DNA of 64,000 bases from Eledone cirrhosa (lineage: Eukaryota). The stretch is from contig OZ024746.1 in assembly GCA_964016885.1 (NCBI GenBank), forward strand, positions 52,638,001-52,702,000, in the 5' to 3' direction. The notes below the pieces were generated by a model, which did not search any database, had not been told where the DNA came from, and was given only the letters and a program-made list of their open reading frames with translations. The position numbers and the translations under genes were made by a program. Each line of letters begins with the position of its first letter. Positions within the stretch are counted from its first letter, which is position 1. Shown piece after piece: positions 14,401 to 26,200 of the stretch.

Positions 14401-14760
14401 GGTTGCTGTGATGGTAGTGTTTTTGTTGTTATTGTAGTTAGTGGTTGCTATGATGGTAGTGTTGTTGTTGTTATTGTAGTAAGAGGTTGCTATGATGGTA
14501 GTGTTGTTGTTGTTATTGTAGTTAGTGGTTGCTATGATGGTAGTGTTGTTGTTGTTATTGTAGCTAGTGGTTGCTGAGATGGTAGTGTTGTTGTTATTGT
14601 TGTTAGTGGTTGCTGAGATGGTAGTGTTGTTGTTGTTGTTATTGTAGTTAGTGGTTGCTGTGATGGTAGTGTTGTTGTTGTTATTGTAGTTAGAGGTTGC
14701 TGAGATGGTAGTGTTGTTGTTGTTATTGTAGTTAGTGGTTGCTGTGATGGTAGTGTTGTT
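11450..14760 (+). repeat. Third copy of segment ~1840-5150 (offset 9614), lacking the 351-bp gain
   Basis: Markers TGTTGTGTTA 2301/11915, GTAGTTAGTA ending 2940/12554, GTTGTG ending 4196/13810 and ATGGTAGTGA 4671/14285 all have offset 9614. Confidence 0.9.
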
Positions 14761-17029
14761 GTTGTTATTGTAGTTAGTGTTTGCTGAGATGGTAGTGTTG
14801 TTGTTGTTTTTATTGTAGTTAGTGTTTGCTGAGATGGTAGTGTTGTTGTTGTTTTTATTGTAGTTAGTGGTTGATGAGATGGTAGTGTTGTTGTTGTTGT
14901 TATTGTAGTTAGTGGTTTCTGTGATGGTAGTGTTGTTGTTGTTGTTATTGTAGTTAGAGGTTGCTGAGATGGTAGTGTTGTTGTTGTTGTTGTTGTTATT
15001 GTAGTTAGTGGTTTCTGTGATGGTAGTGTTGTTGTTGTTATTGTAGTTAGTGGTTGCTGAGATGGTAGTGTTGTTGTTGTTGTTATTGTAGTTAGAGGTT
15101 TCTGTGATGGTAGTGTTGTTGTTGTTGTTATTGTAGTTAGTGGTTTCTGTGATGATAGTGTTGTTGTTGTTGTTATTGTAGTTAGTGTTTGCTGAGATGG
15201 TAGTGTTGTTGTTGTTGTTATTGTAGTTAGTGGTTTCTGTGATGGTAGTGTTGTTGTTGTTGTTATTGTAGTTAGTGGTTGCTGTGTTGGTAGTGTTGTT
15301 GTTGTTATTGTAGTTAGTGGTTGCTGAGATGGTAGTGTTGTTGTTGTTGTTATAGGTAGTTAGTGGTTGCTGAGATGGTAGTGTTGTTGTTGTTGTTATT
15401 GTAGTTAGTGGTTTCTGTGATGGTAGTGTTGTTGTTGTTGTTATTGATGTTAAAGGTTGCTGTGATGGTAGTGTTGTTGTTGTTATTCTAGTTAGTGATT
15501 GCTGTGATGGTAGTGTTGTTGTTGTTGTTATTGTAGTTAGTGGTTTCTGTGATGGTAGTGTTGTTGTTGTTATTGTAGTTAGTGGTTGCTGAGATGGTTG
15601 TGTTGTTGTTGTTATTGTAGTTAGTGGTTACTGAGATGGTAGTGTTGTTGTTGTTGTTATTGTAGTTAGAGTTTGCTGAGATGGTAGTATTGTTGTTGTT
15701 GTTATTGTAGTTAGTGGTTGCTGTGATGGTAGTGTTGTTGTTGTTGTTATTGTAGTTAGAGGTTGCTGAGATGGTAGTGTTGTTGTTGTTATTCTAGTTA
15801 GTGGTTGCTGTGATGGTAGTGTTGTTGTTGTTGTTATTGTAGTTAGTGATTTCTGTGATGGTAGTGTTGTTGTTGTTATTGTAGTTAGAGCTTGCTGAGA
15901 TGGTAGTGTTGTTGTTGTTGTTATTGTAGTTAGTGGTTTCTGTGATGGTAGTGTTGTTGTTGTTATTGTAGTTAGTGGTTGCTGAGATGGTAGTGTTGTT
16001 GTTGTTGTTATTGTAGTTAGAGGTTGCTGTGATGGTAGTGTTGTTGTTGTTGTTATTGTAGTTAGTGGTTTCTGTGATGGTAGTGTTGTTGTTATTATTG
16101 TAGTTAGTGGTTGCTGAGATGGTAGTGTTGTTGTTGTTGTTATTGTAGTTAGAGGTTGCTGTGATGGTAGTGTTGTTGTTGTTGTTATTGTAGTTAGTCG
16201 TTTCTGTGATGGTAGTGTTGTTGTTGTTGTTATTGTAGTTAGTCGTTTCTGTGATGGTAGTGTTGTTGTTGTTATTCTAGTTAGTGGTTGCTGTGATGGT
16301 AGTGTTGTTGTTATTATTGTAGTTAGAGCTTGCTGAAATGGTAGTGTTGTTGTTGTTGTTATTGTAGTTAGTGGTTTCTGTGATGGTAGTGTTGTTGTTG
16401 TTATTCTAGTTAGTGGTTGCTGTGATGGTAGTGTTGTTGTTGTTATTGTAGTTAGTGGTTTTTGTGATGGTAGTGTTGGTGTTGTTGTTATTGTAGTTAT
16501 TTGTTGCTGTGATGGTAGTGTTGTTGTTGTTATTGTAGTTAGTGGTTGCTGAGATGGTAGTGTTGTTGTTGTTGTTATTGTAGTTAGTGGTTGCTGTGAT
16601 GGTAGTGTTGTTGTTGTTGTTATTGTAGTTAGTTTTTTCTGTGATGGTAGTGTTGTTGTTGTTGTTATTGTAGTTAGTGGTTGCTGAGATAATAGTGTTG
16701 TTGTTGTTGTTATTGTAGTTAGTGGTTGCTGAGATGGTAGTGTTGTTGTTGTTGTTATTGTAGTTAGTGGTTTTTGTGATGGTAGTGTTGTTGTTGTTGT
16801 TATTGTAGTTAGTGGTTTTTGTGATGGTAGTGTTGTTGTTGTTGTTATTGTAGTTAGTGGTTTTTGTGATGGTAGTGTTGTTGTTGTTGTTATTGTAGTT
16901 AGTGGTTGCTGAGATGGTAGTGTTGTTGTTGTTGTTATTGTAGTTAGTGGTTTTTGTGATGGTAGTGTTGTTGTTGTTGTTATTGTAGTTAGTGGTTGCT
17001 GTGATGGTAGTGTTGTTGTTGTTATTGTA

Positions 17030-20000
17030 GTTAGTGGTTGCTGAGATGGTAGTGTTGTTGTTGTTGTTATTGTAGTTAGTGGTTGCAGAGATGGTAGTGT
17101 TGTTGTTGTTGTTATTCTAGTTAGTGGTTGCTGTGATGGTAGTGTTGTTGTTGTTGTTATTGTAGTTAGTGGTTTTTGTGATGGTAGTGTTGTTGTTGTT
17201 GTTATTCTAGTTAGTGCTTGCTGTGATGGTAGTGTTATTGTTGTTGTTATTGTAGTTAGTGGTTTCTGTGATGGTAGTGTTGTTGTTGTTATTGTAGTTA
17301 GTGGTTGCTGAGATGGTAGTGTTGTTGTTGTTGTTATTGTAGTTAGAGGTTGCTGTGATGGTAGTGTTGTTGTTGTTGTTATTATAGTTAGTGGTTTCTG
17401 TGATGGTAGTGTTGTTGTTGTTATTCTAGTTAGTGGTTGCTGTGATGGTAGTGTTGTTGTTATTATTGTAGTTAGAGCTTGCTGAGATGGTAGTGTTGTT
17501 GTTGTTATTGTAGTTAGTGGTTTCTGTGATGGTAGTGTTGTTGTTGTTATTGTAGTTAGTGGTTGCTGAGATGATAGTGTTGTTGTTGTTGTTATTGTAG
17601 TTAGAGGTTGCTGTGATGGTAGTGTTGTTGTTGTTGTTATTGTAGTTAGTGGTTTCTGTGATGGTAGTGTTGTTGTTGTTGTTATTGTAGTTAGTGGTTG
17701 CTGAGATAATAGTGTTGTTGTTGTTGTTATTGTAGTTAGTGGTTGCTGAGATGATAGTGTTGTTGTTGTTGTTATTGTAGTTAGTGGTTGCTGAGATGGT
17801 AGTGTTGTTGTTGTTGTTATTGTAGTTAGTGGTTTTTGTGATGGTAGTGTTGTTGTTGTTATTGTAGTTAGTGATTGCTGTGATGGTAGTGTTGTTGTTG
17901 TTATTGTAGTTAGTGGTTGCTGAGATGGTAGTGTTGTTGTTGTTGTTATTGTAGTTAGTGGTTTTTGTGATGGTAGTGTTGTTGTTGTTGTTATTGTAGT
18001 TAGAGGTTGCTGAGATGGTAGTGTTGTTGTTATTATTGTAGTTAGTGGTTTCTGTGATGGTAGTGTTGTTGTTGTTATTGTAGTTAGTGGTTGCTGAGAT
18101 GGTAGTGTTGTTGTTATTATTGTAGTTAGTGGTTTCTGTGATGGTAGTGTTGTTGTTGTTATTGTAGTTAGTGGTTGCTGAGATGGTAGTGTTGTTGTTG
18201 TTGTTATTGTAGTTAGTGGTTTTTGTGATGGTAGTGTTGTTGTTGTTGTTATTGTAGTTAGTGGTTGCTGTGATGGTAGTGTTGTTGTTGTTATTGTAGT
18301 TAGTGGTTGCTGAGATGGTAGTGTTGTTGTTGTTGTTATTGTAGTTAGTGGTTGTTGTGATGGTAGTGTTGTTGTTGTTGTTATTGTAGTTAGTGGTTTC
18401 TGTGATGGTAGTGTTGTTGTTGTTGTTATTGTAGTTAGTGGTTTCTGTGATGGTAGTGTTGTTGTTGTTATTCTAGTTAGTGGTTGCTGTGTTGGTAGTG
18501 TTGTTGTTATTATTGTAGTTAGAGCTTGCTGAAATGGTAGTGTTGTTGTTGTTGTTATTGTAGTTAGTGGTGTTTGTGATGGTAGTGTTGTTGTTGTTGT
18601 TATTGTAGTTAGTGGTTGCTGTGATGGTAGTGTTGTTGTTGTTATTGTAGTTAGTGGTTGCTGAGATGGTAGTGTTGTTGTTGTTGTTATTGTAGTTAGT
18701 GGTTGCTGTGATGGTAGTGTTGTTGTTGTTGTTATTGTAGTTAGTTTTTTTCTGTGATGGTAGTGTTGTTGTTGTTGTTATTGTAGTTAGTGGTTGCTGA
18801 GATAATAGTGTTGTTGTTGTTATTATTGTAGTTAGTGGTTGCTGTGATGGTAGTGTTGTTGTTGTTATTGTAGTTAGTGGTTTTTGTGATGGTAGTGTTG
18901 GTGTTGTTGTTATTGTAGTTATTTGTTGCTGTGATGGTAGTGTTGTTGTTGTTATTGTAGTTAGTGGTTGCTGAGATGGTAGTGTTGTTGTTGTTGTTAT
19001 TGTAGTTAGTGGTTGCTGTGATGGTAGTGTTGTTGTTGTTGTTATTGTAGTTAGTTTTTTTCTGTGATGGTAGTGTTGTTGTTGTTGTTATTGTAGTTAG
19101 TGGTTGCTGAGATAATAGTGTTGTTGTTGTTGTTATTGTAGTTAGTGGTTGCTGAGATGATAGTGTTGTTGTTGTTGTTATTGTAGTTAGTGGTTGCTGA
19201 GATGGTAGTGTTGTTGTTGTTGTTATTGTAGTTAGTGGTTTTTGTGATGGTAGTGTTGTTGTTGTTGTTATTGTAGTTAGTGGTTGCCTTGATGGTAGTG
19301 TTGTTGTTGTTATTGTAGTTAGTGGTTGCTGAGATGGTAGTGTTGTTGTTGTTGTTATTGTAGTTAGTGGTTGCAGAGATGGTAGTGTTGTTGTTGTTGT
19401 TATTCTAGTTAGTGGTTGCTGTGATGGTAGTGTTGTTGTTGTTGTTATTGTAGTTAGTGGTTTTTGTGATGGTAGTGTTGTTGTTGTTGTTATTCTAGTT
19501 AGTGCTTGCTGTGATGGTAGTGTTATTGTTGTTGTTATTGTAGTTAGTGGTTTCTGTGATGGTAGTGTTGTTGTTGTTATTGTAGTTAGTGGTTGCTGAG
19601 ATGGTAGTGTTGTTGTTGTTGTTATTGTAGTTAGAGGTTGCTGTGATGGTAGTGTTGTTGTTGTTGTTATTATAGTTAGTGGTTTCTGTGATGGTAGTGT
19701 TGTTGTTGTTATTCTAGTTAGTGGTTGCTGTGATGGTAGTGTTGTTGTTATTATTGTAGTTAGAGCTTGCTGAGATGGTAGTGTTGTTGTTGTTATTGTA
19801 GTTAGTGGTTTCTGTGATGGTAGTGTTGTTGTTGTTATTGTAGTTAGTGGTTGCTGAGATGATAGTGTTGTTGTTGTTGTTATTGTAGTTAGAGGTTGCT
19901 GTGATGGTAGTGTTGTTGTTGTTGTTATTGTAGTTAGTGGTTTCTGTGATGGTAGTGTTGTTGTTGTTGTTATTGTAGTTAGTGGTTGCTGAGATAATAG

Positions 20001-20290
20001 TGTTGTTGTTGTTGTTATTGTAGTTAGTGGTTGCTGAGATGATAGTGTTGTTGTTGTTGTTATTGTAGTTAGTGGTTGCTGAGATGGTAGTGTTGTTGTT
20101 GTTGTTATTGTAGTTAGTGGTTTTTGTGATGGTAGTGTTGTTGTTGTTATTGTAGTTAGTGATTGCTGTGATGGTAGTGTTGTTGTTGTTATTGTAGTTA
20201 GTGGTTGCTGAGATGGTAGTGTTGTTGTTGTTGTTATTGTAGTTAGTGGTTTTTGTGATGGTAGTGTTGTTGTTGTTGTTATTGTAGTTA
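17030..20290 (+). repeat. About 1-kb segment (~17030-18000) repeated at offset 2288 (~19320-20290)
   Basis: GGTTGCAGAG 17081/19369, the C of AGTGCTTG 17217/19505 and GTGATTG 17871/20159 share offset 2288. Confidence 0.85.
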
Positions 20291-23200
20291 GAGGTTGCTG
20301 TGATGGTAGTGTTGTTGTTGTTGTTATTGTAGTTAGTGGTTGCTGAGATAATAGTGTTGTTGTTGTTGTTATTGTAGTTAGTGGTTGCTGAGATGGTAGT
20401 GTTGTTGTTGTTATTGTAGTTAGTGGTTGCTGAGATGTTAGTGTTGTTGTTGTTGTTATTGTAGTTAGTGGTTTCTGTGATGGTAGTGTTGTTGTTGTTG
20501 TTGTTATTGTAGTTAGTGGTTGCTGAGATAATAGTGTTGTTGTTGTTGTTATTGTAGTTAGTGGTTGCTGAGATGTTAGTGTTGTTGTTGTTGTTATTGT
20601 AGTTAGTGGTTTCTGTGATGGTAGTGTTGTTGTTGTTGTTATTGTAGTTAGTGGTTGCTGAGATAATAGTGTTGTTGTTGTTGTTATTGTAGTTAGTGGT
20701 TGCTGAGATGGTAGTGTTGTTGTTGTTGTTATTGTAGTTAGTGGTTGCTGTGATGGTCGTGTTGTTGTTGTTATTGTAGTTAGTGGTTGCTGAGATGGTA
20801 GTGTTGTTGTTGTTGTTATTGTAGTTAGTGGTTGCTGAGATGGTAGTGTTGTTGTTGCTGTTATTGTAGTTAGTGGTTTCTGTGATGGTAGTGTTGTTGT
20901 TGTTGTTATTGTAGTTAGTTGTTTCTGTGATAGTAGTGTTGTTGTTGTTATTGTAGTTAGTGGTTGCTGAGATGGTAGTGTTGTTGTTGTTATTGTAGCT
21001 GGTGGTTGCTGTGATGGTAGTGTTGTGGTTGTTGTTGTTGTTATTGTAGTTAGTGGTTGCTATGATGGTAGTGATGTTGTTGTTATTGTAGCTAGTGGTT
21101 GCTGTGTTGGTAGTGTTGTTGTTGTTATTGTAGTTAGTGGTTGCTATGCTGGTAGTGTTGTTGTTGTTATTGTAGCTAGTGGTTGCTGTGATGGTAGTGT
21201 TTTTGTTGTTATTGAAGTTAGTGGTTGCTATGATGGTAGTGTTGTTGTTGTTATTGTAGTAAGAGGTTGCTATGATGGTAGTGTTGTTGTTGTTATTGTA
21301 GTTAGTGGTTGCTATGATGGTAGTGTTGTTGTTGTTATTGTAGCTAGTGGTTGCTGAGATGGTAGTGTTGTTGTTATTGTTGTTAGTGGTTGCTGAGATG
21401 TTAGTGTTGTTGTTGTTGTTATTGTAGTTAGTGGTTGCTGTGATGGTAGTGTTGTTGTTGTTATTGTAGTTAGAGGTTGCTGAGATGGTAGTGTTGTTGT
21501 TGTTATTGTAGTTAGTGGTTGCTGTGATGGTAGTGTTGTTGTTGTTATTGTAGTTAGTGTTTGCTGAGATGGTAGTGTTGTTGTTGTTTTTATTGTAGTT
21601 AGTGGTTGCTGAGATGGTAGTGTTGTTGTTGTTGTTATTGTAGTTAGTGGTTTCTGTGATGGTAGTGTTGTTGTTGTTGTTATTGTAGTTAGTGGTTTCT
21701 GTGATGGTAGTGTTGTTGTTGTTATTGTAGTTAGTGGTTGCTGAGATGGTAGTGTTGTTGTTGTTGTTATTGTAGTTAGAGGTTGCTGTGATGGTAGTGT
21801 TGTTGTTGTTGTTATTGTAGTTAGTGGTTTCTGTGATGATAGTGTTGTTGTTGTTGTTATTGTAGTTAGTGTTTGCTGAGATGGTAGTGTTGTTGTTGTT
21901 GTTATTGTAGTTAGTGGTTTCTGTGATGGTAGTGTTGTTGTTGTTGTTATTGTAGTTAGTGGTTGCTGTGTTGGTAGTGTTGTTGTTGTTATTGTAGTTA
22001 GTGGTTGCTGAGATGGTAGTGTTGTTGTTGTTGTTATAGGTAGTTAGTGGTTGCTGAGATGGTAGTGTTGTTGTTGTTGTTATTGTAGTTAGTGGTTTCT
22101 GTGATGGTAGTGTTGTTGTTGTTGTTATTGTAGTTAAAGGTTGCTGTGATGGTAGTGTTGTTGTTGTTATTCTAGTTAGTGGTTGCTGTGATGGTAGTGT
22201 TGTTGTTGTTGTTATTGTAGTTAGTGGTTTCTGTGATGGTAGTGTTGTTGTTGTTATTGTAGTTAGTGGTTGCTGAGATGGTTGTGTTGTTGTTGTTATT
22301 GTAGTTAGTGGTTGCTGAGATGGTAGTGTTGTTGTTGTTGTTATTGTAGTTAGAGTTTGCTGAGATGGTAGTATTGTTGTTGTTGTTATTGTAGTTAGAG
22401 GTTGCTGAGATGGTAGTGTTGTTGTTGTTATTGTAGTTAGTGGTTTCTGTGATGGTAGTGTTGTTGTTGTTATTGTAGTTAGTGGTTGCTGAGATGGTAG
22501 TGTTGTTGTTATTATTGTAGTTAGTGGTTTCTGTGATGGTAGTGTTGTTGTTGTTATTGTAGTTAGTGGTTGCTGAGATGGTAGTGTTGTTGTTATTATT
22601 GTAGTTAGTGGTTTCTGTGATGGTAGTGTTGTTGTTGTTATTGTAGTTAGTGGTTGCTGAGATGGTAGTGTTGTTGTTATTATTGTAGTTAGTGGTTTCT
22701 GTGATGGTAGTGTTGTTGTTGTTATTGTAGTTAGTGGTTGCTGAGATGGTAGTGTTGTTGTTGTTGTTATTGTAGTTAGTGGTTTTTGTGATGGTAGTGT
22801 TGTTGTTGTTGTTATTGTAGTTAGTGGTTGCTGTGATGGTAGTGTTGTTGTTGTTATTGTAGTTAGTGGTTGCTGAGATGGTAGTGTTGTTGTTGTTGTT
22901 ATTGTAGTTAGTGGTTGCTGTGATGGTAGTGTTGTTGTTGTTGTTATTGTAGTTAGTGGTTTCTGTGATGGTAGTGTTGTTGTTGTTGTTATTGTAGTTA
23001 GTGGTTTCTGTGATGGTAGTGTTGTTGTTGTTATTCTAGTTAGTGGTTGCTGTGATGGTAGTGTTGTTGTTATTATTGTAGTTAGAGCTTGCTGAAATGG
23101 TAGTGTTGTTGTTGTTGTTATTGTAGTTAGTGGTTGCTGTGATGGTAGTGTTGTTGTTGTTGTTATTGTAGTTAGTTTTTTTCTGTGATGGTAGTGTTGT

Positions 23201-26200
23201 TGTTGTTGTTATTGTAGTTAGTGGTTGCTGAGATAATAGTGTTGTTGTTGTTGTTATTGTAGTTAGTGGTTGCTGAGATGATAGTGTTGTTGTTGTTGTT
23301 ATTGTAGTTAGTGGTTGCTGAGATGGTAGTTTTGTTGTTGTTGTTATTGTAGTTAGTGGTTGCTGTGATGGTAGTGTTGTTGTTGTTGTTATTGTAGTTA
23401 GTTTTTTTCTGTGATGGTAGTGTTGTTGTTGTTGTTATTGTAGTTAGTGGTTGCTGAGATAATAGTGTTGTTGTTGTTGTTATTGTAGTTAGTGGTTGCT
23501 GAGATGATAGTGTTGTTGTTGTTGTTATTGTAGTTAGTGGTTGCTGAGATGGTAGTTTTGTTGTTGTTGTTATTGTAGTTAGTGGTTTTTGTGATGGTAG
23601 TGTTGTTGTTGTTGTTATTGTAGTTAGTGGTTGCTGTGATGGTAGTGTTGTTGTTGTTATTGTAGTTAGTGGTTGCTGAGATGGTAGTGTTGTTGTTGTT
23701 GTTATTGTAGTTAGAGGTTGCTGTGATGGTAGTGTTGTTGTTGTTGTTATTGTAGTTAGTCGTTTCTGTGATAGTAGTGTTGTTGTTGTTGTTATTGTAG
23801 TTAGTGGTTTCTGTGATGGTAGTGTTGTTGTTGTTATTCTAGTGAGTGGTTGCTGTGATGGTAGTGTTGTTGTTATTATTGTAGTTAGAGCTTGCTGAAA
23901 TGGTAGTGTTGTTGTTGTTGTTATTGTAGTTAGTGGTTTTTGTGATGGTAGTGTTGTTGTTGTTGTTATTGTAGTTAGTGGTTGCTGTGATGGTAGTGTT
24001 GTTGTTGTTATTGTAGTTAGTGGTTGCTGAGATGGTAGTGTTGTTGTTGTTGTTATTGTAGTTAGTGGTTGCTGTGATGGTAGTGTTGTTGTTGTTGTTA
24101 TTGTAGTTAGTTTTTTTCTGTGATGGTAGTGTTGTTGTTGTTGTTATTGTAGTTAGTGGTTGCTGAGATAATAGTGTTGTTGTTGTTATTGTAGTTAGTG
24201 GTTGCTGAGATGATAGTGTTGTTGTTGTTGTTATTGTAGTTAGTGGTTGCTGAGATGGTAGTGTTGTTGTTGTTGTTATTGTAGTTAGTGGTTTTTGTGA
24301 TGGTAGTGTTGTTGTTGTTGTTATTGTAGTTAGTGGTTGCTGTGATGGTAGTGTTGTTGTTGTTATTGTAGTTAGTGGTTGCTGAGATGGTAGTGTTGTT
24401 GTTGTTGTTATTGTAGTTAGTGGTTGCAGAGATGGTAGTGTTGTTGTTGTTGTTATTCTAGTTAGTGGTTGCTGTGATGGTAGTGTTGTTGTTGTTGTTA
24501 TTGTAGTTAGTGGTTTTTGTGATGGTAGTGTTGTTGTTGTTGTTATTCTAGTTAGTGGTTGCTGTGATGGTAGTGTTATTGTTGTTGTTATTGTAGTTAG
24601 TGGTTTCTGTGATGGTAGTGTTGTTGTTGTTATTGTAGTTAGTGGTTGCTGAGATGGTAGTGTTGTTGTTGTTGTTGTTATTGTAGTTAGTGGTTGCTGA
24701 GATGGTAGTGTTGTCGTTGTTGTTATTGTAGTTAGTGGTTGCTGTGATGGTAGTGTTGTTGTTGTTGTTATTGTAGTTAGAGGTTGCTGAGATGGTAGTG
24801 TTGTCGTTGTTGTTATTGTAGTTAGTGGTTGCTGAGATGGTAGTGTTGTTGTTGTTGTTATTGTAGTTAGAGGTTGCTGAGATGGTAGTGTTGTTGTTGT
24901 TATTCTAGTTAGTGGTTGCTGTGATGGTAGTGTTGTTGTTATTATTGTAGTTAGAGGTTGCTGAGATGGTAGTGTTGTTGTTGTTATTCTAGTTAGTGGT
25001 TGCTGTGATGGTAGTGTTGTTGTTGTTGTTATTGTAGTTAGTGGTTTCTGTGATGGTAGTGTTGTTGTTGTTGTTACTATAGTTAGTGGTTTCTGTGATG
25101 GTAGTGTTGTTGTTGTTATTCTAGTTAGTGGTTTCTGTGATGGTAGTGTTGTTGTTGTTATTCTAGTTAGAGCTTGCTGAGATGGTAGTGTTGTTGTTGT
25201 TATTGTAGTTAGTGGTTGCTGAGATGGTAGTGTTGTTGTTGTTGTTATTGTAGTTAGAGGTTGCTGTGATGGTAGTGTTGTTGTTGTTGTTATTGTAGTT
25301 AGTGGTTTCTGTGATGGTAGTGTTGTTGTTGTTGTTATTGTAGTTAGTGGTTGCTGAGATAATAGTGTTGTTGTTGTTGTTATTGTAGTTAGTGGTTGCT
25401 GAGATGGTAGTGTTGTTGTTGTTGTTATTGTAGTTAGTGGTTGCTGATATGGTAGTGTTGTTGTTGTTGTTATTGTAGTTAGTCGTTTTTGTGATGGTAG
25501 TGTTGTTGTTGTTGTTATTGTAGTTAGTGGTTGCTGAGATGGTAGTGTTGTTGTTGTTGTTATTGTAGTTAGTGGTTTTTGTGATGGTAGTGTTGTTGTT
25601 GTTGTTATTGTAGTTAGTGGTTGCTGTGATGGTAGTGTTGTTGTTGTTATTGTAGTTAGTGGTTGCTGAGATGGTAGTGTTGTTGTTGTTGTTATTGTAG
25701 TTAGTGGTTTTTGTGATGGTAGTGTTGTTGTTGTTGTTATTGTAGTTAGTGGTTGCTGTGATGGTAGTGTTGTTGTTGTTATTGTAGTTAGTGGTTGCTG
25801 AGATGGTAGTGTTGTTGTTGTTATTGTAGTTAGAGGTTGCTGTGATGGTAGTGTTGTTGTTGTTGTTGTAATTGTAGTCAGTGGTTGCTGAGATAATAGT
25901 GTTGTTGTTGTTGTTATTGTAGTTACTGGTTACTGAGATGGTAGTGTTGTTGTTGTTATTGTAGTTAGTGGTTGCTGAGATGGTAGTGTTGTTGTTGTTG
26001 TTATTGTAGTTAGTGGTTTCTGTGATGGTAGTGTTGTTGTTGTTGTTGTTATTGTAGTTAGTGGTTGCTGAGATAATAGTGTTGTTGTTGTTGTTATTGT
26101 AGTTAGTGGTTGCTGAGATGGTAGTGTTGTTGTTGTTGTTATCGTAGTTAGTGGTTTCTGTGATGGTAGTGTTGTTGTTGTTGTTATTGTAGTTAGTGGT

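Noticed and set aside
21025-21357. 110-aa + strand ORF (VVVVIVVSGCYDGS repeats)
   Set aside because: It starts at a chance GTG variant within a GTT run and stays open only because the TAT cassette lacks TGA units. The product is a poly-Val repeat with no gene context.
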